IMG/VR virus record: IMGVR_UViG_3300012921_000054
Coordinates: 1 to 29,194 of that record
Length of the DNA: 29,194 bases
Source of the DNA: a virus
Taxonomy: Duplodnaviria > Caudoviricetes
Reading direction: 5' to 3' (one strand)
The translations under genes and the position numbers were made by a program. The notes beneath the pieces are model-generated. The model made no database searches, was not told where the DNA came from, and saw only the letters and a program-made list of their open reading frames with translations. Shown piece by piece: positions 1 to 6,869 of this stretch (positions are counted from its first letter, which is position 1; each line of letters starts with the position of its first letter).

Positions 1-371
1 CGCCTCGCTCCCACCACGCCGAGGCAAGCGATGGCCACCGCGCGAGCGCGCTGCAGGGGATCGGCGCAGACCATGCGGCAGTCGGGGAGGCAGCCGCCCA
101 CGACGTCGGAAAGCGCCTGCCAATACGGCGGGTAGCCGACTCTGTTGATCGCGTGCAGCTCCGCGAGGTGGACGGCGTCAAGCGACGAGGAGAAGCGGGG
201 AAGCGGCTCGAAGTGCTCGTGCCGGTACATGAACGGCTCCTCGTTCACCATGCGCACCGGTGCGCCGTAGACGAGCGCCGCGACCCACCTATCTAGGTCG
301 CGGCCGCTCATGGTGGCAAGGTCCCGGCGCCGGATCTTGACGACCGCCTGCTCCAAGGGAACGGCGACCAT
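1..371 (-). CDS. Phage ABA-sandwich-domain-like protein (3' end runs off window; absent from supplied ORF track)
   Basis: Manual translation from ATG 371 (TGATG overlap with stop of 371..1486): MVAVPLEQ...MSGRDLDRWVAALVYG...LPRFSSSLDAV...ADPLQRARAVAIACL, open to position 1. The GRxLDxxVA / PxY(F)S / AxPxxxxxA pattern resembles Phage_ABA_S proteins. Confidence 0.6.
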   Translation of the reverse strand, partial: MVAVPLEQAVVKIRRRDLATMSGRDLDRWVAALVYGAPVRMVNEEPFMYRHEHFEPLPRFSSSLDAVHLAELHAINRVGYPPYWQALSDVVGGCLPDCRMVCADPLQRARAVAIACLGVVGAR

Positions 372-1486
372 CACGCGGACACCTTTGCGTCGGCCGGGAC
401 CAGCTGCCCGTCCACGATTCGGACGCCCGAGAGGCTCACCGGATCGTTCTCCCCTAGTCGCGAGTGGAGGCCGACCACCTTGGCGACCGTGCCGGGCACC
501 GCCCCGAACCCGCCGTTGTAGATGGGGGAGGAGCCGACAGGGGGCTCCAAGGAATCGACCAAGGGAACGCGGCCCTCGGTCGTCGGATCTACGCCCGAGT
601 AGTCGTACGCGCTGACGGCGTAGGGACCGCGCCCTACCCCGAAGCAGACGCTGCCGTAGCCTCGGTCCCAGACCTCTGGAGACACGTGGGCGTAGATGAG
701 GCCTGGCAAGAGAGGCTCGCCAGGCGCGACCGGCTGAATGAGCACCGCGCGGAACTCGCTGCAGTATCTGCAAAGCGGATTGTTCTGCACCACCAGCGCC
801 TCGATTCCTTTGGGAAGGTCCCGGCAGAGTGAAGAAACCGCGACGCGACTCGCCAGCAGGTCGCCGCCCTGCGGACGGTACTTGTAGCCGAGGTCGTCCC
901 AGTGACGGCCTACGGCGAATCCATGTGTGCCTAGGTCAGCTCCTGAGTCGGGCATCGCGACGTCGGTGATGGGTATGAGTCCGTCGCTGTCGAGCGTGAA
1001 CCCTAACGGCGACGCGTGCTGCTTGATCTCGAGCACTCCGTACCGACCCTCGCGCCGCTCCAGCACGGCGACCACTCTCAAGGCGGAGCAAATCTCGTTC
1101 TGCACGAGTAGGTCGTTGCCCACCATCATAGGCCGGCCGCGGTCGCCGTTCACCGCGAGGTAGCCGCGCTCGTGGTCGCTCCGGAGCCAGAGGCGAAGAA
1201 CTCCCGGCCGGGTGTCCGTGCCGGCGCGCGCGATGAAGATCGCCTCGTCCGACCAGCCAGGCAGAGACTGCCCCAACACGCGGAAGGCGTACACCGCGAG
1301 GTCCGTTCGAAAGACTTCCCGCTCGTGCAAGTACCTCGCCATCTCGCGAGCGTTCACGATCGGGAAGCTCTTGCGCGTGAACTTCAGAGCTCGCGGCGGA
1401 ACTGGCGGCTTCAGCGTCTGGACGCCCGACGGCGTCTCACGCGGGGATCGGAAGGGGGCGAAGGCGAGTGCTGCTGGAAGTGCCAT
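371..1486 (-). CDS. Hypothetical protein with two apparent degenerate S24/LexA-CTD-like domains, no HTH
   Basis: 371 aa, AGGAG RBS before ATG. YAFRVLGQSLPGWSDEAIFIARAG...PG...LRVVAVL and IEALVVQNNPL...AVLIQPVAPGEPLLPGLIY...AKVVGL echo the S24 pattern FALRVxGDSMxP...GDxxxVDP...IIGxV. Confidence 0.5.
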   Translation of the reverse strand: MALPAALAFAPFRSPRETPSGVQTLKPPVPPRALKFTRKSFPIVNAREMARYLHEREVFRTDLAVYAFRVLGQSLPGWSDEAIFIARAGTDTRPGVLRLWLRSDHERGYLAVNGDRGRPMMVGNDLLVQNEICSALRVVAVLERREGRYGVLEIKQHASPLGFTLDSDGLIPITDVAMPDSGADLGTHGFAVGRHWDDLGYKYRPQGGDLLASRVAVSSLCRDLPKGIEALVVQNNPLCRYCSEFRAVLIQPVAPGEPLLPGLIYAHVSPEVWDRGYGSVCFGVGRGPYAVSAYDYSGVDPTTEGRVPLVDSLEPPVGSSPIYNGGFGAVPGTVAKVVGLHSRLGENDPVSLSGVRIVDGQLVPADAKVSA

Positions 1487-1487
1487 T

Positions 1488-1525
1488 GATGTCTCCTGCG
1501 ACCGTGCCGGGCCGCAGGAGACATC
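1488..1525 (-). promoter_or_regulatory. Perfect 13-bp inverted repeat sequestering the RBS of 371..1486
   Basis: GATGTCTCCTGCG (1488-1500) and CGCAGGAGACATC (1513-1525), 12-nt loop. On the minus strand the AGGAG SD lies in the 3' arm, which ends 1 nt before the ATG. Confidence 0.7.
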
Positions 1526-1565
1526 TTACACTGATCTTGAGTAAGAATGCGTAAAAATGCCTCTT

Positions 1566-2525
1566 CTACTCAGATGTTGTCCGTCGAAGTCTCATGCCAG
1601 ACGGAGCGATACCCTCCCGGCAGAGAACGTAGCCAAGCAGAGACCAAGACGGATTCCAGTCCAACCACCCTCCGTTGTCGGGGACATCATGAATGCGAAT
1701 CTCGTCGTCTTCTCCCGGCCGGAGGACCTTCAGGGTTAACTCGTTCAGTGGACCATGCAGCAGCGCTACGACATCATAAGCAAGGATGCTGGCACCCTGA
1801 ACTGCGATCAACTCACCGTGATAGAAGATCGGCTCGAACGCCTTTGAGGCAACGCGCAGTGCGAAATCGACCTGCACATCCTTCCAACGCGGCATGACCT
1901 CGATCGGAGACTGACGGTTCTCCCAGTCGAACTCGTCCATTCGTGCCTTGCGCGGCACCTCCCCAAAGAAAGGGAGTTTGAATAGGCTTGCGTGTTCGCC
2001 CAAGACTGTTTGAGGTCTCTCGTGCAGGTTCGAGGCCATGACGATCTCGTTAACGATCACCTCGGCGATACGAATGTCCATGCGGCGCCCGGCCTCGATG
2101 TTTGCGACTCGGCTCCGCCATCGCCCGATGTACTTCCTCGTCAGCGAGGAGAGATCTTCGGCCTCCTCGTCATTGTCCATGGCGCGGCCGTCGTGCGTGA
2201 AATGGAGGGCAATCATCCACTCAACCATTCGCGGATGCATCTTACGCACCTCGTCAAGGAAGTAGCTTCGGATCAGTAGATAGGCCTTATCCCCGAAATC
2301 TGATGCAAAGGCAGCCGAGGCCTTTAGGAAGGCCACCTCGTTCGCGGCCCGAATTTCGGGATCTCGCTGAGCGGCCCAAACGAATACAACCTTGGCGATG
2401 CTGATTACGATTGAGTGGGCCAAGTCCTGTTGGGACCATCCCACCGGCGGTATTCGGGACCGAGCTTCTTTAAGCGCATCACCGAACTCGCGGGTCTTGC
2501 CATCGCGCAAGAGTTGAAGGTCCAT
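1566..2525 (-). CDS. CI/LexA-like phage repressor (XRE HTH with large insertion plus degenerate S24 domain)
   Basis: Likely start MDLQ at 2525 (track starts 2573). FGDALKEAR...GWSQQDLAHSI and RSRVANIEAGRR are XRE HTH halves; LPFFGEV, FALRVASKAFEP, ELTLKVL, LLGYV form an S24-like CTD. Divergent from a small HTH gene. Confidence 0.75.
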   Translation of the reverse strand: MDLQLLRDGKTREFGDALKEARSRIPPVGWSQQDLAHSIVISIAKVVFVWAAQRDPEIRAANEVAFLKASAAFASDFGDKAYLLIRSYFLDEVRKMHPRMVEWMIALHFTHDGRAMDNDEEAEDLSSLTRKYIGRWRSRVANIEAGRRMDIRIAEVIVNEIVMASNLHERPQTVLGEHASLFKLPFFGEVPRKARMDEFDWENRQSPIEVMPRWKDVQVDFALRVASKAFEPIFYHGELIAVQGASILAYDVVALLHGPLNELTLKVLRPGEDDEIRIHDVPDNGGWLDWNPSWSLLGYVLCREGIAPSGMRLRRTTSE

Positions 2526-2622
2526 CGCTGCAAGTCTGTCACTGGTCACGCGCACAAAAACGGACAAAAACAATGTAAGGGATGCGGTCCCGCGCTAATA
2601 TGGGTCTGAATTCGTGTAAACC
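2526..2622. promoter_or_regulatory. Divergent promoter/operator region (cI-cro-like switch)
   Basis: AT-rich 97-bp spacer between divergent HTH genes; tandem ACAAAAAC at 10-bp period (2554-2571); no clear SD for either gene. Confidence 0.6.
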
Positions 2623-2811
2623 ATGAAGACCCTAGGAAGAAGACCCTACTTCAGCCGCGAGATCCAGCTCGCGATCGCGAAGGCGTACCTCGAGGAAAAC
2701 CTGCCCTCGCGCGTCGTGGCGGAGAAGTTCGCGCCGCTTAGCCCGACTGGCAAGCTGAGCGAGGCTGCCGTCCGCCGCATCAGCAATCGCATGGGCGAGA
2801 GAGCGGCCTGA
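2623..2811 (+). CDS. Small HTH protein, Cro-like by position
   Basis: 62 aa, FSREIQLAIAKAYLEENLPSRVVAEKF...LSEAAVRRI helix-turn-helix pattern; first gene of rightward operon. Confidence 0.7.
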   Translation: MKTLGRRPYFSREIQLAIAKAYLEENLPSRVVAEKFAPLSPTGKLSEAAVRRISNRMGERAA

Positions 2812-2815
2812 AGTG

Positions 2816-2860
2816 AAAAGGGGGCGGCCCGGCACGGCACACCCCCACCCTGTCCCTTTT
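2816..2860 (+). terminator. Possible tR1-like imperfect stem-loop after the Cro-like gene
   Basis: AAAAGGG(GG)CGG ... CTGTCCCTTTT arms around a large loop; imperfect. Confidence 0.35.
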
Positions 2861-2933
2861 GAGGCCAGCAGCAGCGTGATTCTACACGGCCTCACCGAAC
2901 CGCAGGTGCAAGACCTAGCAAGGAGGCCCAACC

Positions 2934-3299
2934 ATGGCTGAACCCGCACCGAACTTCAACGCGCTCTCCTGCGGCGCGAACTCGCTGTCGCTGCCCGCCC
3001 TCGAGATCCTAGCGCGGCTTAGCGACGCCCGGACCGTGGTCATGCGAGAGGAGCTGGGCCGCAGGCATGGCCAGCTCATAGACCGGATCCGCAACGGCGA
3101 CGAGTCCGCCAGACGCGAGCTGGAGCGGATGCACCGGGCCAACCTCCAGCACGTGCTCGACGAGGTCCAGCCGCTGCTCTTCGCCGGCGAAGCCCCAGCC
3201 ATCGAGCTCGTGACGCCCGCCATCCGCGTCCGCAACGCGGCGCAGGACTTCGTGGACACCTACCGCTACGTCGATCTGCCCACCAGGTGCGACGAGTGA
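2934..3299 (+). CDS. Hypothetical early protein (cII position)
   Basis: 121 aa, strong AGGAGG RBS; GTGA overlap with next gene. Confidence 0.7.
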   Translation: MAEPAPNFNALSCGANSLSLPALEILARLSDARTVVMREELGRRHGQLIDRIRNGDESARRELERMHRANLQHVLDEVQPLLFAGEAPAIELVTPAIRVRNAAQDFVDTYRYVDLPTRCDE

Positions 3300-3496
3300 G
3301 TGGCACGGATCCCGCCGACATCGCCTACATGCCCCTAGTCCAGGCGGCGATGGAGCGGTACTGCGAGAAGGGGAAGGTCTACAGCGTTGTGGTGTGCCAC
3401 GACGACGGGTGCCCCGTGCTCCTCGGCGTCCGTGAGTGCACCTGTGCGTCTCCGGAGATCCTGATCACGGAGTTCGAGGGAGGCCGCGAAGCGTGA
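3296..3496 (+). CDS. Small putative metal-binding phage protein (HDDxC...CxC)
   Basis: GTG start overlapping upstream TGA; VCHDDGCPVLLGVRECTCASP; stop overlaps primase start (GTGA). Confidence 0.65.
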   Translation: MSGTDPADIAYMPLVQAAMERYCEKGKVYSVVVCHDDGCPVLLGVRECTCASPEILITEFEGGREA

Positions 3497-5328
3497 CGTT
3501 TTCCGAATTCGCGTCGCGACTCCACGTCACGAAGAACAAGAAGTTCAAGGGCGGTCAGGGCGTGATCGCGCGTTGCCCGGTCTGTGAGGCCAAGGGCGGC
3601 GACAAGGCCGGTGAGCACCTCAGCGCTTTCGAGGGAGACGATGGGTGGATCCACGTCTATTGCGTCACCCGAGCCTGCAGCGAGGACGATATCCTCAGGG
3701 CGCTCGGTCTCTCCCAGGAGGACCGACAGACGCAGGCGCCATCGGACGACGAGAGCTGCTACGTCTACACGGACACCGAGGGGCGTTACCTCTTCGAGAA
3801 GCGACGGTTCACCAAGCTCGACGGTAAGAAAGGGTTCGTCCAGCAAGTCCGCCAGAGAAAGGGCATCCCACTCGCCAAGGTGCAGGGAAGAGGCGGAGGC
3901 CTGCGCTTTCCCACTCCGACGGAGGCCGGCCTGGACGAAGCCTCCAAGGTCCTCTACCGGCTGCCGGGGGTGACGCGGGCGATCGCGGAGGGTCGCACTA
4001 TCTACGTCAACGAGGGCGAGAAGTCGTGCGACCTCATGTGGCGGCAAGGCTTGGCTGCGACCTGCCAGCCCGACGGCGCCGGCAACGGCAAGTGGCACAA
4101 GGCTCACACGGACGCGCTGAAGGGCGCCGCGAAGGTGGTGATCGTGGCCGATCGAGACGACACGGGCGACGCGTACGCCACTCAGGTGTTCGTCAGCATT
4201 CGCGCGGCCGGCATCCCCGTCGAGGTCGTCCGATCGAAGACGACGGGCGAGAAGCACGACGCTTACGATCATCTCAGCGCGGGCCACGGGCCAGAGGAGT
4301 TCGTGCCCGCCATGGACCTCATGCCGCCGCGCGGCATCAAGCTTCGCACCCTGCCCGATGAGTTCCAGCCGAAGGCGATGCGGTACCTCGTGGAGCCGTA
4401 CCTACCCATCGGCAAGTGCGTGCTGTTCGACGCGGACGGCGGAACCGGAAAGACGACGATGGCTCTGGCGTGGGCAGCGGCCCTCAGCCGGGGACTGCAT
4501 CCGATCACGCGGGAGCGTCTCGAGTGTGGACCGATCACGACGATCTATCTGCACAAGAGCGAGGACACGGACCAAGAGCTCGGCACCGTCTACGCGGCGA
4601 ACAACGGCGATCCCAGGCGGATCCACTTCGGCGGGGACGACATCCTCTTCGACGAGGCCGGACTCTGCCAGCTGCGGGACTCGATCCTCGACACGGGCGC
4701 GCGGTTCATCGTCGTCGACGCCCTCTTCTACTTCATCCAGGGAGTCGTCAGGGACGCCAGCACCGCGCTCGACGTGGTCGCCGTCATGCAGCGTCTGAAC
4801 GACCTGGCGGCCCAGACGGGAGCGACGTTCTTCGACATCCGCCACACGACGAAGGGAGGCCTCGACAAGAAGGCGAGCGAGCTCGGAATGGGATCGGTCC
4901 AGTTCCGCAACTCGCACCGCGGCCAGCTCGTCGCTCGCTGGCACCCGGAGATGCGCGGCGCCGTCGTCGTGACCGACGAGAAAGGCTCTCTCTTGGTCCC
5001 GCGCGGGGATCACTTCGTGTACCGACGCGTCGACCTCGAGGTCCAGTACATCCGCAACGTGCCGAACCCCTTCGATCAGAAGGAGACCGCGGAGCAGCTG
5101 TCGAAGCTGGCCATCGCGGAGCAGTTCCTCAGGGAGTGCCTGATAGGCCAGTACGTACCCGTCGGCCAGGTCGTCGACGAAGCCCGTGCGCTCGGAATCA
5201 GCAAGCGGACCGTGGAGAGCGCCCGCGCCAAGCTCGGAGTCAAGGCCGTAAAGCCATCGCCGGCCGGCGGGTGGCTTCTCCACCTTCCCAAGCCCGAGGG
5301 CTTCGACCCCTTTGCGGAGGACGAATGA
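3493..5328 (+). CDS. Bifunctional DNA primase-helicase (Zn finger + TOPRIM + AAA_25/RepA-like + C-terminal wHTH)
   Basis: GGAGG RBS before GTG 3493. CPVC...CxxxxC zinc finger; IYVNEGEKS and IVADRDDTG TOPRIM motifs; Walker A ADGGTGKTT, Walker B FIVVD, IRHTTK, GSVQF; C-terminal ARALGISKRTVESAR helix-turn-helix. Confidence 0.9.
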   Translation: MTFSEFASRLHVTKNKKFKGGQGVIARCPVCEAKGGDKAGEHLSAFEGDDGWIHVYCVTRACSEDDILRALGLSQEDRQTQAPSDDESCYVYTDTEGRYLFEKRRFTKLDGKKGFVQQVRQRKGIPLAKVQGRGGGLRFPTPTEAGLDEASKVLYRLPGVTRAIAEGRTIYVNEGEKSCDLMWRQGLAATCQPDGAGNGKWHKAHTDALKGAAKVVIVADRDDTGDAYATQVFVSIRAAGIPVEVVRSKTTGEKHDAYDHLSAGHGPEEFVPAMDLMPPRGIKLRTLPDEFQPKAMRYLVEPYLPIGKCVLFDADGGTGKTTMALAWAAALSRGLHPITRERLECGPITTIYLHKSEDTDQELGTVYAANNGDPRRIHFGGDDILFDEAGLCQLRDSILDTGARFIVVDALFYFIQGVVRDASTALDVVAVMQRLNDLAAQTGATFFDIRHTTKGGLDKKASELGMGSVQFRNSHRGQLVARWHPEMRGAVVVTDEKGSLLVPRGDHFVYRRVDLEVQYIRNVPNPFDQKETAEQLSKLAIAEQFLRECLIGQYVPVGQVVDEARALGISKRTVESARAKLGVKAVKPSPAGGWLLHLPKPEGFDPFAEDE

Positions 5329-5525
5329 GGTTGCGCGAACCCAAGGCCGCAAACCGTAGAGCGAATTTGAACCCAAGGCCGCAAACGTCTGCGGACTTGC
5401 GGTGTTACTTGCGGTCTTGGGACCCCCCTGCCTTGGTGGCTTGCGGCCTTGCGGACTTGGGTTCAAGAGCGCCCCCTGCTTTGCGGTCTTGAGTTCAACG
5501 GGTGTTTTGCGGTGTTGCGGCCTTA
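5312..5525. repeat. Iteron-like repeat cluster, probable replication origin
   Basis: 18-bp direct repeat GAACCCAAGGCCGCAAAC at 5337-5354 and 5369-5386; opposed copies TTGCGGNCTTG(G/A)G at 5409, 5449, 5481; TTGCGG cores also at 5312, 5397, 5441, 5507, 5515. Immediately downstream of primase-helicase. Confidence 0.75.
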
Positions 5526-5674
5526 CCCTCCTTCCTCGGCAGAGGAGGTGGGGGGAGGGGAGGCATTGTCCGGCGGCAGCCGGACCCGCCCATAAGGGAG
5601 GCCGCCACGAACGAATTCAAGGGATCGGCGAACGGCTCGAGGAGCTTCGCTCGGATCCGGACAGGAGAGAACGA

Positions 5675-5998
5675 ATGACCAAGAACGAAGCGATCGTACA
5701 TCTGACTGCGGCAGCCCTGCAGTCCCTAGTCAGTTCATTCATCCAGACCAACGAACTCACCGAAGAAGGCCGAGCGTTGATCACTCGGGACGCGGCTCTC
5801 CTCGGGACCGAGGGGATCTTCATTCTGGGAAACCTGGGGGTGAAATTCGACGACGAGATGACCACTGCCGACCGCCTTCTGGCTGGATCGCGGTCCGGCA
5901 AGCCATCGAGCGATGATTTGCAGGAACTCGCAAAGCAGATCTATCCCGAGGCCTTTCGGAAGTCTGATGACGGGCAGGACGAAACCGAGGGGCGGTGA
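5675..5998 (+). CDS. Hypothetical protein (107 aa)
   Basis: AGGAGA RBS then ATG 5675 (MTKNEAIVHL...); the track's upstream extension from 5402 crosses the repeat region and is unlikely to be real. Confidence 0.65.
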   Translation: MTKNEAIVHLTAAALQSLVSSFIQTNELTEEGRALITRDAALLGTEGIFILGNLGVKFDDEMTTADRLLAGSRSGKPSSDDLQELAKQIYPEAFRKSDDGQDETEGR

Positions 5999-6119
5999 CC
6001 CCTTAACCGCCCTGAGCCTTGCGGTCTCGCCAGCAGGAAGGCCGCACTTCTGTGGACATGCAGCCGGTTAGTGCCGGCCTCGTCCGTTAGCACAGCAAAG
6101 CAAACATGCGAGGAACGAG

Positions 6120-6695
6120 TTGCCAGAGACGAACGAAAAGCTGCTGAATCTAGAGCGCCTGCCCCTCCCTGGGTGCCAGGAGGGGCAGGCACCGGTGTCC
6201 GGAGCGGTTTACCCAGGTTGTCCGCAGCGGCTACCCTACTCCGCGCTCGACATGCTCGAGATCTGGGGCATGAGGGTCACAGGCGGCACACTCAAGTCCG
6301 TTGGTCAGCGCGAGGCGGCCGGTGGAGAGAGCGGCGTCGACGAGGCACAGCTCATCGCCCGCTACGTCGAGGAGACCGAGCACTTCGACACCAGCCGTCC
6401 GGTGCTCATCCACCGATTCGGCTTTGGACGGAGCGAGGCGGAGTTCCGGTACCGTCAGCCGGGAGAACCGCTCTCGCAAGCTCTCATCCGGCTCGGGTGG
6501 TTCTGCTTCCTCGGCGTGCCGCAGCGCGAGATCCCCGGACTCGTGCTCGCGCGCTTCGTCGACCGACTCGCGTCGCGGCTACAGGAAGACCCCTATGTCG
6601 TCCCAGTGCCAACTGCCGAGGTGCCGGTCGAGCCGTCGGATCCACCCGGTCCGGAGCCTCAGAAGTCGCTTCGGACACGTTACTACGGCCGATAA
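6120..6695 (+). CDS. Hypothetical protein; candidate late-gene regulator (Q position)
   Basis: 191 aa, GAGGA before TTG; last early gene before the terminator-containing leader of the lysis genes. Function inferred from position only. Confidence 0.5.
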   Translation: MPETNEKLLNLERLPLPGCQEGQAPVSGAVYPGCPQRLPYSALDMLEIWGMRVTGGTLKSVGQREAAGGESGVDEAQLIARYVEETEHFDTSRPVLIHRFGFGRSEAEFRYRQPGEPLSQALIRLGWFCFLGVPQREIPGLVLARFVDRLASRLQEDPYVVPVPTAEVPVEPSDPPGPEPQKSLRTRYYGR

Positions 6696-6796
6696 GAACA
6701 AGCAATTTTGCTTAAGGTGATCTTGCGGCCCCGGGCGCACCAAAGGCAAACCGGCCGTTTGTCGCCGGAAAACCGAAAAACAATGCTCTCGTTACC

Positions 6797-6845
6797 GGGC
6801 CCTTATTGCGTCTGATCCCAGGCGCCGTAGGGGCCCTTTTCGTTT
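6797..6845 (+). terminator. Intrinsic terminator in late-operon leader (tR'-like)
   Basis: GGGCCCTTAT-t-GCGTCTG-atcc-CAGGCGC-c-GTAGGGGCCC long stem followed by TTTTCGTTT, about 25 nt before endolysin ATG. Confidence 0.7.
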
Positions 6846-6869
6846 GCGGACCTTCGGTCCCGAGGCCCC

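Noticed and set aside
371-2525. Split Ser/Lys catalytic dyad reconstituted in trans between the two S24-like proteins
   Set aside because: In LexA-family folds both residues sit in one domain's cleft and no Ala-Gly substrate loop is evident; too speculative without a model.
2526-2545. Leaderless-repressor promoter (TG-a-CAGACT 7 nt before ATG, minus strand)
   Set aside because: Plausible by analogy to lambda cI but a weak -10 match with no -35; not supportable without TSS data.
5337-5525. Repeat cluster as a mini-CRISPR array
   Set aside because: Repeats are at most 18 bp, in both orientations, irregularly spaced with short gaps, and no cas genes are present.
5402-5674. N-terminal extension of the 198-aa ORF
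   Set aside because: Translates iterons and hairpins; the SD supports ATG 5675.
6847-6860. Apparent C(UUCG)G tetraloop before the endolysin
   Set aside because: Best pairing gives GGACC/GGTCC with a 3-nt loop; the UUCG register has no supporting stem.
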